Below are positions 1 through 9,538 of a DNA stretch of 64,000 nucleotides, one piece after another; positions within the stretch are counted from its first letter, which is position 1, and each line of letters opens with the position of its first letter. The position numbers were made by a program, and so were the translations under genes. The notes beneath the pieces were generated by a model. It saw only the letters and a program-made list of their open reading frames with translations, ran no database searches and was not told the origin of the DNA. The stretch spans positions 1-64,000 of the forward strand of contig JBDRQI010000011.1 of the NCBI GenBank assembly GCA_043826355.1, given 5' to 3'. The stretch comes from Candidatus Omnitrophota bacterium (GTDB taxonomy: Bacteria; Ratteibacteria; UBA8468; MWAK01).

Positions 1-140
1 CGGCGCGGCGCACAGAAATAGAGAATCATTTCTGTGGAACAAAACAACTTAAACCAAAACTGCCGTCGCTTCGCTCCGATTCAAAACAGGGGGGTGGCTC
101 CTTTCACCGGAATCAGTGGCTCCTTTGAGCGGAATACGCA
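1..140 (+). mobile_element. Right end of an IS21-family insertion sequence (element continues left of window)
   Basis: Tandem 20-bp repeats GTGGCTCCTTTnnnCGGAAT at 94-113 and 116-135 ending in ...CGGAATACGCA (CA terminus at 140), typical of IS21-family ends. 1-21 could be the last codons of istB (RRGAQK*). Confidence 0.7.
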
Positions 141-356
141 AGTGCGACTTTAATCCGAGATATTTTTTAGTATAATTTCCCGCAACGCTTTGCGTATCAA
201 CGGATTCCGCATTTTTGAAAAAAATTTACCGCTTAGTCGGTAAATCTCGAAATTTAGCGCAATTTCCGTCACACTTCTGTCACACATCAATAAAAACGAT
301 TATCTAGTCGGGTTGGTTTAAAACGCGGAAATCATTGTGGGACAATGAGTTACGAT

Positions 357-411
357 AGTGCCGGAGGGGGGACTTGAACCCCCATGAGGTTGCCCTCACC
401 GGATTTTGAGT
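357..411 (-). repeat. att-like 55-bp direct repeat of the tRNA-Leu 3' half (anticodon loop to 3' end)
   Basis: Identical to 5846-5900. Confidence 0.95.
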
Positions 412-733
412 TCAAACATTTCAATTTTACCACGAGATTTTTTCTTGGGTCAATCTCCAGAAGACCATTGCGTATCAACCGTCTTGTCATTGCGAGCGCA
501 GTCTGCGTGGCAATCCCACCCTTCTCCAATTTTCGCACTTCACGTCATACCTGCGTCATACTTTTTCACGGCTCCGACTTTACTGGAAATCGTTGTCCAA
601 CAACGGATTTGGAAGGAGAATAGACGTAACAGGGTGATTTTTAGGAAACAAACCTCCAGAAATAACCTTTCCTCATTTACTGGTGTTAAGCAGTCCAGCC
701 TAATGCCTAAACCTTATTTGCTTGTTAGGGGAC

Positions 734-779
734 TTGACTTATTTTTTACTTTATGCTAATCTTTTACCAAATCGTAAAA
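734..779 (+). promoter_or_regulatory. Sigma70 promoter and operator-like inverted repeat of the AbiE-like operon
   Basis: TTGACT (734-739), 17 nt, TG-C-TAATCT (-10 at 757-762), then TTTTAC-N6-GTAAAA (762-779). Confidence 0.55.
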
Positions 780-803
780 ATGTCCTAAATAGTAAAAATT
801 GCT

Positions 804-1853
804 ATGGAAAAAATATCTGAACAAGAGATTATCAGGTCTCTGCCCACGAGGCTCAAGGAGCTTCTTCCGGACATAAAGATTAAGAAGGTTGCTCTTGAAT
901 CCCTATCTGGCAGGAGTTTTTGTGATGCCGTTGTTAAGGTCTGGGTCGGCAACTCCTCTAAACTATTGTGTTTTGAAGTAAAGTCAAAGGGTGAACCGCT
1001 ATACCTTTATCAGGCCATAGGACAACTCAACCAGTCGCCGGAAGTCAAAAAAGGTGCTTATCCTGTTGTAATTACGCCTTTCATTTCGGAACAAGGACGA
1101 AAGGTTTGTAAAGATGCCGGTTTTGGATACATCGACCTAATCGGAAACGTCTTTTTAAAGTTCGGATCGGTTTACGTCGAAAAGACTTCTAACGACAAAC
1201 CTTATCCCCAGGCAGTTACTTCCACAAACCTTTTTGCCCGGAAATCTTCACGGATACTCAGGGTAATGCTGGAAAATCCGAAAAAATCGTGGAATTTTTC
1301 AACTCTTTCCAAAGAAGCAAGCGTAAACATTCGCCGAGCCTTTGAAATAATCAAATTTCTTAATGAGAAAGATTTTATTGATAAACAAAGAGGCGCTATA
1401 AAATTGACAAAACCAGGCGATTTGCTCAACTACTGGTCGGAAAATTACGATTTTCAAAAGAACAAAATCAACACTTATTTTTCTTTTACCCGTACGTTTG
1501 AGGAATTCAAGAAAAATCTTGCCGGAATATCAAAAAAAAGAGATTTTCAGTACGCGCTGACTCTCCACAGCGGCGCCAGTCTCGTGGCTCCGTTTGTAAG
1601 GTTTTCGGATACTCACCTGTATGTTCAAGGCGACCCGGAAAAATGGGCGGAGTCTTTAGCTCTGAAGCCGGTGGAATCTGGTGGTACCATAAACCTGATA
1701 ACTTCTTATGACGAGGGCGTATTCTATCGTAAGCAGGAGGTTGATGGGGTTTTTGTGGTCTGCAATACCCAGCTCTACCTTGATTTAATAAAGTATCCGG
1801 CCAGAGGAAGCGAACAGGCGGAGTTCTTGAGAAAGCAGAAGATGGGATTTTAG
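804..1853 (+). CDS. AbiEi-type (type IV TA) antitoxin / transcriptional regulator, DUF2186-like
   Basis: N-terminal D..FEVK restriction-like fold, PFIS..GR..C...G.GYIDL.GN motif, central wHTH, C-terminal QLYLDL...P.RG.EQAE.L; paired with a nucleotidyltransferase. Confidence 0.75.
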   Translation: MEKISEQEIIRSLPTRLKELLPDIKIKKVALESLSGRSFCDAVVKVWVGNSSKLLCFEVKSKGEPLYLYQAIGQLNQSPEVKKGAYPVVITPFISEQGRKVCKDAGFGYIDLIGNVFLKFGSVYVEKTSNDKPYPQAVTSTNLFARKSSRILRVMLENPKKSWNFSTLSKEASVNIRRAFEIIKFLNEKDFIDKQRGAIKLTKPGDLLNYWSENYDFQKNKINTYFSFTRTFEEFKKNLAGISKKRDFQYALTLHSGASLVAPFVRFSDTHLYVQGDPEKWAESLALKPVESGGTINLITSYDEGVFYRKQEVDGVFVVCNTQLYLDLIKYPARGSEQAEFLRKQKMGF

Positions 1854-1860
1854 GAGGATT

Positions 1861-2724
1861 ATGCCAGAAAGAGCAGGTTTAGATTATCATCCGGCAATAA
1901 CCGGCGCTTCTAAATCGGTCTTGTTGGAGGTAATGACGATTTTAAAAACATATCGTGATTCTCTCGTATTGATAGGCGGATGGGTACCTTATTTTCTGCT
2001 GGAGAAGAATCGACCGGCCGGAAGTGATTTTAACCACATCGGTTCAATCGACATTGACCTGGTGATTAATCCCGCGACGATTAATGAAGAAGTCTATGCA
2101 ACAATGGCCCAGATGCTCTTGAGCAAAGGCTATCGACCCTCAAAAGAGATACTTTATCAATTCGAAAAGACAGTAAGGTCCGAGATTGACAAAAAAGAGT
2201 ATACGATCAAAATTGATTTTCTCTGTCCTTTGGCTGATAAAGCGGTTCCTGGAAGCACAAAACACAGGCACCGCCTGATTCAGTCCGGATTAAAAGCAAG
2301 AAATCTGAGGGGCGCAGAAGTATCTTTCATCTCGAACCAAAAAATAGAACTTTCCGGCACGTTGCCGAACAATGGTCGAACAACGCTTGAATTTAAAATG
2401 GTTTCTCTGGCGGGTTTCATGGCGTTGAAGGGGATTGCCTTCGGAGACAGATACAAAGAAAAAGACGCTTACGATATTTATGTACTCTGCGATTATTATA
2501 AAGAAGGACCAACCTCGGTGGCAAAGGAGATAAAAAACTTGAGGGATAATCCAATTGTCAGAGAGGGATTGCTTGCCGTCAAGGAACGATTTCGCGCAAT
2601 CGATGCCGAAGGCCCTTATTGGGTAGCTAATTTTATGGCGTCAACCGATTCTGCTGAAAAAGAAAGAATACGGCAACGCTCCTTTATGATCGTCAACGAA
2701 ACCATTCAAAAAATCGGGATATGA
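1861..2724 (+). CDS. AbiEii-like nucleotidyltransferase toxin
   Basis: VLIGGW...H.GSIDIDL pol-beta NTase motif and K....DR.KEKDAYDI motif; SD AGGAGG. Confidence 0.75.
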   Translation: MPERAGLDYHPAITGASKSVLLEVMTILKTYRDSLVLIGGWVPYFLLEKNRPAGSDFNHIGSIDIDLVINPATINEEVYATMAQMLLSKGYRPSKEILYQFEKTVRSEIDKKEYTIKIDFLCPLADKAVPGSTKHRHRLIQSGLKARNLRGAEVSFISNQKIELSGTLPNNGRTTLEFKMVSLAGFMALKGIAFGDRYKEKDAYDIYVLCDYYKEGPTSVAKEIKNLRDNPIVREGLLAVKERFRAIDAEGPYWVANFMASTDSAEKERIRQRSFMIVNETIQKIGI

Positions 2725-2762
2725 ACCCTCCTAAATTATTTTGGTAATAAATACCGGCAGAT

Positions 2763-3146
2763 ATGTGGGAATCTTACAAAGAAATTGTTTGGTCGTACCC
2801 AAGGATTTCTTTGTCCGAAGAACGATGTTTAATCTTAAAAGCCCAAAAAGGCTCAAAGAAAAGTAAGGATGAGATTGTTCTTCGCCACATCGGTTTCTTA
2901 ATCTTTAGAATCCACCGGAAAGTATTTCCCGAGTTACTTCGGCGATTTGGAGAGGATTTGCTCGAAGAAGCCATCCTGATTGTTTACAAGAAAGTTGAAA
3001 GTTATGACCTTTACTACCGCGATAAGCAAGGAAATCCCAATCCCGTTAAATTCGTTTCCTACATCTGGAAGCGAATAGACGGTTTTGTAATCGATTATTT
3101 AAGGAAAGAAATGAACGAACCCACCGTGCCGTATAACGAGAATTGA
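2763..3146 (+). CDS. Small sigma70-like protein with only regions 1.2 and 2 (no region 3/4)
   Basis: YPRISLSEERCLILKAQKG..KSKDEIVLRH (r1.2/2.1), EDLLEEA (r2.2), KFVSYIWKRIDGFVIDYLRK (r2.3-2.4). Confidence 0.65.
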   Translation: MWESYKEIVWSYPRISLSEERCLILKAQKGSKKSKDEIVLRHIGFLIFRIHRKVFPELLRRFGEDLLEEAILIVYKKVESYDLYYRDKQGNPNPVKFVSYIWKRIDGFVIDYLRKEMNEPTVPYNEN

Positions 3147-3166
3147 TTTGAGGGTTTAAATTTCAA

Positions 3167-5617
3167 ATGAATAACGGCGAGATGAAAGAAGGAGCGCCTG
3201 CTGAAACTATCGAGGTCCTCAAAGATAGGTTGAGGAAACTCGACATAGAAAAAGAACGGCTTATTTTTGAATTAAATAATTTACAGGGAAAGTCGGAACC
3301 TTCAAATTCTGTTGGTATTCGAAGTTACAGTATCGGAATCAAGGAAGGAGACGATACCGCATTTATTCCCGACTGTAATTTGAAATTATTCCGTAGCCTC
3401 TTCCGGGGGAGAGACGATGTTTACGCGCGGCTCTGGATAAGCAAGACAACACAGCGAAAGGGCTATAGTCCAGTTTGCAAAAACGAGTGGGTTAAAGGAC
3501 TTTGTCAAAAGCCGGCGGTTAAGTGCACCGACTGCGTCAATAGAGAATTTAACCCTTTGACCGATGAGGTTATTGGTAAACATTTATTCGGAAAACAAAT
3601 TATAGGAATTTATCCTATGTTGCTGGATGGAACCTGTTATTTCCTGGCAATTGATTTCGATGGAAAAGGATGGGTCGATAATGTTTCCGCCTTTCGAAAG
3701 ACGTGTGAAGAAAGAGACATTCCCGTAACAATAGAACGGTCATCATCAGGAAACGGGGCGCACGCCTGGTTCTTTTTTGACGAAGCCATACCCGCAAAAA
3801 CAGCCCGAGAAATGGGAAGTTTTCTGCTTACGGAAACAATGTCCCGCCATTATCGCCTTGGCATGGAAAGTTACGACCGACTCTTTCCCAACCAGGATAG
3901 TTTACCCAAGGGAGGCCTAGGCAATTTAATCGCCCTGCCATTCCAAAAAGCAGCCGTTGTTCGTGGCAACACTCTTTTTATAGATGAGCGTTGCGAACCC
4001 TATCCCGACCAATGGGATTTTTTGAGCAAGGCAACTAAAACGCCAAGTATTCAAGTGGAGAAATTGGTAGCGGAAGCTAAAGCAACTGGACGAATTATCG
4101 GGGTAAAGGTAGATTTCGAAGATGAGACCGAAAAACAGCAGCCGTGGTTAAAATTACCTTCGGGTAAAATGAGAGGTGAACCTGTTATAGGAAATTTACC
4201 TGATTCTCTCGAAGTAGTTTTTGCAGACAAATTATATATGAGAACCGATGCCTTACCTTCTCCTTTTTTGAATCAGGTGAAGCGTTTGGCCGCATTTCAA
4301 AACCCCGAGTTCTACAAGAGACAGAACATGCGTTTGTCTACGTCTTTTGTACCCCGGGTAATCTGTTGCGCAGAACTTCTCGAAAACTATTTGACTTTGC
4401 CAAGGGGTTGTTTTGAATCTTTGCTTTCTTTGGCAAAGAAACATGGTATAACTATAAATATCAAGGATGAGCGAACAACAGGAAAGAAAGTAAATTTTAA
4501 GTTTTACGGAAAACTGGAGGAAAAACAGAAAGAAACCGTCTCGGAAATGCTAAAAAATGACATAGGGGTTTTAGTTGCACCTTCGGGTTCCGGTAAGACA
4601 GTCCTGGCCATTAATTTGATTACCGAAAGAAAAAGAAATGCCTTGGTCCTGGTCCACCGCAAACCTCTTGTTGAACAGTGGCGAATGCAATTGGCGTCTT
4701 TTCTCAGTCTTGATTTAAACGAAATTGGTCAGATTGGCGGCGGTAAGGATAAAGCGAATGGAATTCTTGATGTAGCCATGATTCAAAGTTTGCAGAGAAA
4801 AGGCACGGTTACTGATGAAATAGAGAATTACGGTTTTATTATCGTTGACGAATGTCATCACATTCCGGCCGTCTCTTTTGAACGGGCGCTCGGAAAGACT
4901 AAGGCCAAATACATATTGGGGCTTACGGCAACCCCGTATCGAAAAGATGGACATCAGCCCATTATTCATATGCAATGCGGTCCAATTCGTCACAAGATGA
5001 GCTTCGGAGATGCAGAAGAACAGGTTTTCCAATATAACGTGGTTGTCAGAAAAACAGGATTTGTCTGCGAATGGAGCAAGGATGACAGCATTCATAAACT
5101 CTGGCCGCCTCTAATAAATAATACGGAAAGGAACGAAAGAATAGTTCATGATATTATGGAAGTAATCCAAGAGCGTAGATTTCCTCTCATTTTAACCGAG
5201 CGAAGGGAACATCTAAGCATTTTGTCCGGTATGCTTCAAAATAAAATCGAGCATTTGATTATTCTTCATGGCGGCATCAAACCGACAGAACGTAAGAAAT
5301 TGTTGGAAGAGTTGTCGAACTGCCCTTTTGATAAAAGCAAGGCGATTCTGGCAACCGGAACTTATCTTGGGGAAGGTTTTGACGACCCGCGGTTGGATAC
5401 GCTTTTTTTGACCATGCCTATTTCTTTTAAGGGCCGGTTAATTCAGTATGCGGGCAGACTTCACCGGAAGCACCCTCAAAAGAAAGATGTGCGCATATAC
5501 GATTATGTCGACGAGGAAGTGTCTGTCCTTTGGAGTATGTTTCAAAAGAGATTAAAAACCTATAAACTTCTGGGGTATAACATTAACACGAACGAGGAGA
5601 TTCAAGCGTTACTTTAG
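3167..5617 (+). CDS. AEP (archaeo-eukaryotic primase-like) domain fused to an SF2 DExH helicase (TOTE-type primase / ResIII-like)
   Basis: FLAIDFD, ERSSSGNGAHAW and DRLFPNQD..GNLIALP primase motifs; APSGSGKT, VDECHH, LTATP and QYAGRLHR helicase motifs. Confidence 0.85.
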   Translation: MNNGEMKEGAPAETIEVLKDRLRKLDIEKERLIFELNNLQGKSEPSNSVGIRSYSIGIKEGDDTAFIPDCNLKLFRSLFRGRDDVYARLWISKTTQRKGYSPVCKNEWVKGLCQKPAVKCTDCVNREFNPLTDEVIGKHLFGKQIIGIYPMLLDGTCYFLAIDFDGKGWVDNVSAFRKTCEERDIPVTIERSSSGNGAHAWFFFDEAIPAKTAREMGSFLLTETMSRHYRLGMESYDRLFPNQDSLPKGGLGNLIALPFQKAAVVRGNTLFIDERCEPYPDQWDFLSKATKTPSIQVEKLVAEAKATGRIIGVKVDFEDETEKQQPWLKLPSGKMRGEPVIGNLPDSLEVVFADKLYMRTDALPSPFLNQVKRLAAFQNPEFYKRQNMRLSTSFVPRVICCAELLENYLTLPRGCFESLLSLAKKHGITINIKDERTTGKKVNFKFYGKLEEKQKETVSEMLKNDIGVLVAPSGSGKTVLAINLITERKRNALVLVHRKPLVEQWRMQLASFLSLDLNEIGQIGGGKDKANGILDVAMIQSLQRKGTVTDEIENYGFIIVDECHHIPAVSFERALGKTKAKYILGLTATPYRKDGHQPIIHMQCGPIRHKMSFGDAEEQVFQYNVVVRKTGFVCEWSKDDSIHKLWPPLINNTERNERIVHDIMEVIQERRFPLILTERREHLSILSGMLQNKIEHLIILHGGIKPTERKKLLEELSNCPFDKSKAILATGTYLGEGFDDPRLDTLFLTMPISFKGRLIQYAGRLHRKHPQKKDVRIYDYVDEEVSVLWSMFQKRLKTYKLLGYNINTNEEIQALL

Positions 5618-5847
5618 AAGTATTTTTCTATCTTTACAGCGGATATTTTGTCCGGTGAGTTTTTTTCGTGAAATGAGGGATATTTAGTAGGTGAATTATC
5701 TGGAATGCTTTGTGTATCAAAGGGTTCCGCGTTTTTATGAGAACCATCATTTCTCAAAACTTGAACGAACTTTCTGTCATACTTTTGGCAGAAATAGGGG
5801 TGATTTTTTTCTCTGCAAAAACTGTGGAAACCGTTGCGGGACAACAG

Positions 5848-5930
5848 TGCCGGAGGGGGGACTTGAACCCCCATGAGGTTGCCCTCACCGGATTTTGAGT
5901 CCGGCGCGTCTGCCATTCCACCACTCCGGC
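5848..5930 (-). tRNA. tRNA-Leu (CAA), CCA not encoded
   Basis: GCCGGAG/CTCCGGC acceptor stem, CCGGA-CTCAAAA-TCCGG anticodon arm, long variable arm, GTTCAAG T-loop. Confidence 0.97.
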
Positions 5931-6116
5931 GTAACTTGCTAAAATATTATTAATCAATCGTTTCGTTTCCACTATTTAGGCCGAAATTGGAACTGCTTAT
6001 TTTTTCCCCAATGTATGACAGGCGTATGACGAAAATCGCCCTGAGTTTATATTTTATCACACAAGCGATAAATTTTTGTAGAAGCGTGAAATCCGTTGGT
6101 ATGCAAAGCGTTTCAA

Positions 6117-6218
6117 CCGGAAGAGATTCTCATCGTGAAACCGATGGGCGAATTGGAAGCGGTTAAATCATCCTGGCCTTTTGCCCGGAAGGTTCATTTC
6201 GAAGTAATCTCAGAGTAG
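6117..6218 (+). pseudogene. Duplicated 3' end (33 codons plus stop) of the OmpA-family gene
   Basis: 102-bp direct repeat of 10229-10330 with one synonymous mismatch. Confidence 0.9.
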
Positions 6219-6260
6219 CCGGTAACGTAAAGATAATGTAAGGTAACTGAAGTAAACAAG

Positions 6261-6294
6261 AGGCCCCTATTCACTGTTTTGGGTAGGGCCCTTA
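6261..6294. terminator. Bidirectional hairpin terminator
   Basis: GGCCCCTAT...GTAGGGCC stem between convergent genes; related to 10346-10380. Confidence 0.55.
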
Positions 6295-6295
6295 T

Positions 6296-7117
6296 TTATT
6301 GTTCGGTTGTACCGGGCGCCGACCAGGCGCAGCGGAAACCGTAGTTGATGGCTTTGAACGACGGCGGGTCCCAGTTGCGAAATGCAGAGCGGCAGTATCC
6401 GGCGGAGCTGTACCAGCCGCCCCCGCGCAGCACGCGGCCCGGACCGCCGGATGGTCCGTTAGGATTATTCGTGGGGCTGCTCTTGTAGTAGTTCTCGTTG
6501 TACCAGTCGTTGCACCACTCCCAGACAGTTCCGTGCATGTCGTAGATGCCAAAAGCGTTTGGTTTTTTGGTACCGACCGGGTGGGTCTGCTTATTGGAGT
6601 TGACGGAGTACCAGGCGTAATCACCAAGGTTTGTTCCGCTATTACCAAAACAGTACTTGGTGGTTGAACCGGCCCGGCACGCCTTCTCCCACTCTGCCTC
6701 GGTGGGCAGGCGTTTTCCGTAGTGGTTGGCGTAGGCAACCGCATCGTTCCAGGAGACTTTGACTATGGGGTGGTTATCCTGCCAGCCCCAGGCAGGCTCG
6801 GAAGGCATACTTCTTCCGGTCTCCTGGCAGAACTTGCGGTACTGGGCCACGGTTACCTTATATTTGTCTATGTAGTAGGCATCAAGAAAAACTTTGTGCT
6901 GGGGGTGTTCCCAGCGAAGGTCCGCATCCCCGGAAGTGGAACCCATCAAGAATTCCCCGGCCGGAACCAGGACCATGGGGGCGCCGTTTTTACCGGTTAT
7001 TTCTTCTTGTCTGTCTGCTGAAGCGGTTGCTAAATCCAGAATAAAGATTACCGACAGAATTAAAACCAGTGACACTAATTTGTCTTTTAGGTTTTTCCTG
7101 ATAAGAAATCCTGTCAT
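6296..7117 (-). CDS. Formylglycine-generating-enzyme (FGE-sulfatase/SUMF1) domain protein with N-terminal signal/TM
   Basis: MVLVPAGEFLMGS, RLPTEAEWEKACR, PNAFGIYDMHGTVWEWC, GFRC motifs. Start placed at MTGFL after a G-rich SD. Confidence 0.9.
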   Translation of the reverse strand: MTGFLIRKNLKDKLVSLVLILSVIFILDLATASADRQEEITGKNGAPMVLVPAGEFLMGSTSGDADLRWEHPQHKVFLDAYYIDKYKVTVAQYRKFCQETGRSMPSEPAWGWQDNHPIVKVSWNDAVAYANHYGKRLPTEAEWEKACRAGSTTKYCFGNSGTNLGDYAWYSVNSNKQTHPVGTKKPNAFGIYDMHGTVWEWCNDWYNENYYKSSPTNNPNGPSGGPGRVLRGGGWYSSAGYCRSAFRNWDPPSFKAINYGFRCAWSAPGTTEQ

Positions 7118-7211
7118 ATCCCCCCTTTGGGTTAATTGTGTATTATCAAAAACCAATCACAAACCCTGCCACAGAAACACTGAAAAAGATTTAATGTAGA
7201 ATACTCTAAAG

Positions 7212-8018
7212 TGAAGTCCCCCCTCAAAAAAACTGAATAATCCCAATTAGGTGTATTTTAACATATCAGAACAGCCAGGGGGAGACAATGCGAAAAACGC
7301 ACGATGCGGCCCTGAAGGCAAAGTCGCCCTGGAAACGCTGAAGGGCGAAAAGACAATCGCGCAGTTAAGCAGCCAGTTTGAAATCCGTCCCAACCAGGTC
7401 TGGGCGACGGATATTACCTACATTCGGATGAATCCCGGCTGGCTTTATCTGGTGGCGGTTATGGACTGGTACAGCCGCTACGTAATCAGCTGGTCTCTTT
7501 CCAACAGCCTGGATATTTTCTTCTGTCTTGAGGCATTGGAGCAGGCTTTAACAAAGAAAAGACCGGAAATTTTCAATTCCGACCAGGGAAGCCAGTTCAC
7601 CGGCCGGGAGTTCACCGCTACCCTGATGCAACACGGCATTACCATCAGCATGGACGGCAAGAGCAGGACTTTTGACAATATCTTTGTGAAAAGACTCTGA
7701 CGGACGGTTAAATACGAAGTCGTGAGACCTCGCAACGAACCCTTGCGGGAAGTTTATCTGCACGACTACCAGAGTGTTCGGGAAGCCCGGGAGCAATTAG
7801 GCGGTTATTTCCGGTTCTACAACGAGGAACGGTTTCATTCTTCTTTGGGGAAACAGGCCGCCGGCGGAAGTATATTTTGGGCAGAAGGCAAATTGACAGG
7901 AAAACCGGGAGGTGATTTAATAGAGGTTGCCGGCGCGCAAAAAAATCGCGCGCTGCGGAACTACTTTTTACACCTTAAATACCACTGATTTCTGTCTAGT
8001 CCAGGGGGGGGAACCCCA
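7212..8018 (+). mobile_element. Defective, internally deleted IS3-family element
   Basis: TG...CA ends with imperfect IR and 3-bp AAG target duplication (7209-7211, 8019-8021). OrfA start fused to OrfB integrase core (PNQVWATDITY, NSDQGSQF); frameshift near 7320 and TGA at 7698. Confidence 0.85.
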
Positions 8019-8333
8019 AAGGAAGCAAAAATGTTTAGTCTGATATTCTTTTAGTAACAACTTAAAGGTATTTTACAGGATATTGTATCTTATGTATAAA
8101 TATGTATCACCTAAAATATACTACACATATTATGAAAAATATCAAGAGCAAGGCGGAGGGAGGTGAAATATAATTTGCAGAATGAAGTTTTTGGCGATAA
8201 TGGGCCTGAATGGACCTGGCGGTTTTTGCGGCCCTGGCTTGGAAAGCGCCCGTGGGCGCAGATGGTTTTTTCTACATTACCGGTTCTCCGAAAATTGAAT
8301 AGGAAATTAAACTGTGGGAAAAAGGAGAGGAAA

Positions 8334-8990
8334 ATGTATCTGAAACGTCTGGCCGCGGGTTTTGCAGGACTGTTTTTTCTTTTCTTTACCGTTCAGTCCA
8401 TTGTGGGAATGGCATCAAGACAAACCGACCAACAGAAAGCAGAAGAGCAGCAACAGGAGATTGAGAAATGGCAAAAGGAAGGCTGGTGGATTCCGCCCGA
8501 TTTGAGCGAAGCGGAAAAGAAGGAATGGAATAACGGCCGGCCGCCCGGCTGGAGCGAAGGGGAAAAGAAAGGGTGGCGCGGGGGTAATATGCCTCCCGGA
8601 CTCGCCAAGAAACAGAATCCTCCCCAGTGGGGCACCTGGACAAAAGACCAGCAGAACAAATGGGGGGACTCCCTGAACAGGATTCAGGACCTCATTCGCA
8701 ACAAGGCGGATAAGACCGCCGGGGAGACCATGGTCTATTCGGTTGAATCAGCCGCCAGAAGAGGCGTCCCAACCCAGCCGCTGGAAACGGTGACAAATCA
8801 ATTTTTGAGAAGAAATTTAAGCGCAACCGAATACGAACAGGTAACCAGGGCCATGGCATACGGCGTGGGCAAGAATACTGATTTCCCGGGGCTGGCCAAT
8901 TTTGTGAACAACAGGATAAAACAGGGTGCGCGGGGAAACGATTTGGCGATCCAGATTTACAAAGAGATTGCCAACCGTTCCGCGCGGTAA
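8334..8990 (+). CDS. Secreted hypothetical protein with PPGW/PPGLAKK motifs
   Basis: SD AAGGAGAGG, signal-like N-terminus, MPPGLAKK motif. Confidence 0.7.
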   Translation: MYLKRLAAGFAGLFFLFFTVQSIVGMASRQTDQQKAEEQQQEIEKWQKEGWWIPPDLSEAEKKEWNNGRPPGWSEGEKKGWRGGNMPPGLAKKQNPPQWGTWTKDQQNKWGDSLNRIQDLIRNKADKTAGETMVYSVESAARRGVPTQPLETVTNQFLRRNLSATEYEQVTRAMAYGVGKNTDFPGLANFVNNRIKQGARGNDLAIQIYKEIANRSAR

Positions 8991-9038
8991 GGTAAATAGT
9001 TAAGATAGAGAACGTTCACGTTTACCAGGGAGGTGTGT

Positions 9039-9494
9039 ATGAAAGGATTGGTGGTGGTAGCGATTGCGTGTGTATTGTTAAGTGGTTGCGCGACCTGGGA
9101 AGGCCTGACGCCGAGTACCAAGGCAGGTGCCGGGATAGGCGCGGTATCCGGCGGTATCCTGGGCGCCCTGATTGACTCCAAACAGCCCTGGAGAGGGGCT
9201 ATTATCGGTGCCGCAGCCGGTGCCGCAGCCGGCGGTTGGATCGGCAGCACAACCGACAAGGAGGTTTCTACGCCGGTCGTAGATTCCAACGCCGCCGTCA
9301 TCAATCAGGCGGCTCTTGAGGCAGCCAAGCAAAATGCTACGGTAAGTTACTCGCGGACGACGGAAAGCGGAATCAAAGAAGAGGTTGTTGCCACGCCGAT
9401 ATCCCGAAGCGGGAACATCCGGACCGTAAATATCAAGTATTACCAGAACGGTAAACTAATCTCTTCCGAGACCAGGGAAGTATCAATTACCTGA
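9039..9494 (+). CDS. Glycine-zipper lipoprotein
   Basis: Lipobox LSGC; GAGIGAVSGGILGA and GAIIGAAAGAAAGG. Confidence 0.8.
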   Translation: MKGLVVVAIACVLLSGCATWEGLTPSTKAGAGIGAVSGGILGALIDSKQPWRGAIIGAAAGAAAGGWIGSTTDKEVSTPVVDSNAAVINQAALEAAKQNATVSYSRTTESGIKEEVVATPISRSGNIRTVNIKYYQNGKLISSETREVSIT

Positions 9495-9538
9495 TTAGAA
9501 CGTGAGTATCAACCGTGCAAACTAAGGAGGAAACAAAG

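Larger units (their letters stand above)
357..5900. mobile_element. Genomic island 1 integrated at the tRNA-Leu 3' half; no integrase inside
   Basis: Bounded by 55-bp direct repeats; visibly AT-richer than the core; defence-type cargo. Confidence 0.85.

Noticed and set aside
350..759. ORFs 350-538, 384-623, 406-759 (and 5614-5972)
   Set aside because: They are translations of tRNA/att and arm sequence; the shared peptide SKSGEGNLMGVQVPPPAL is just the tRNA repeat.
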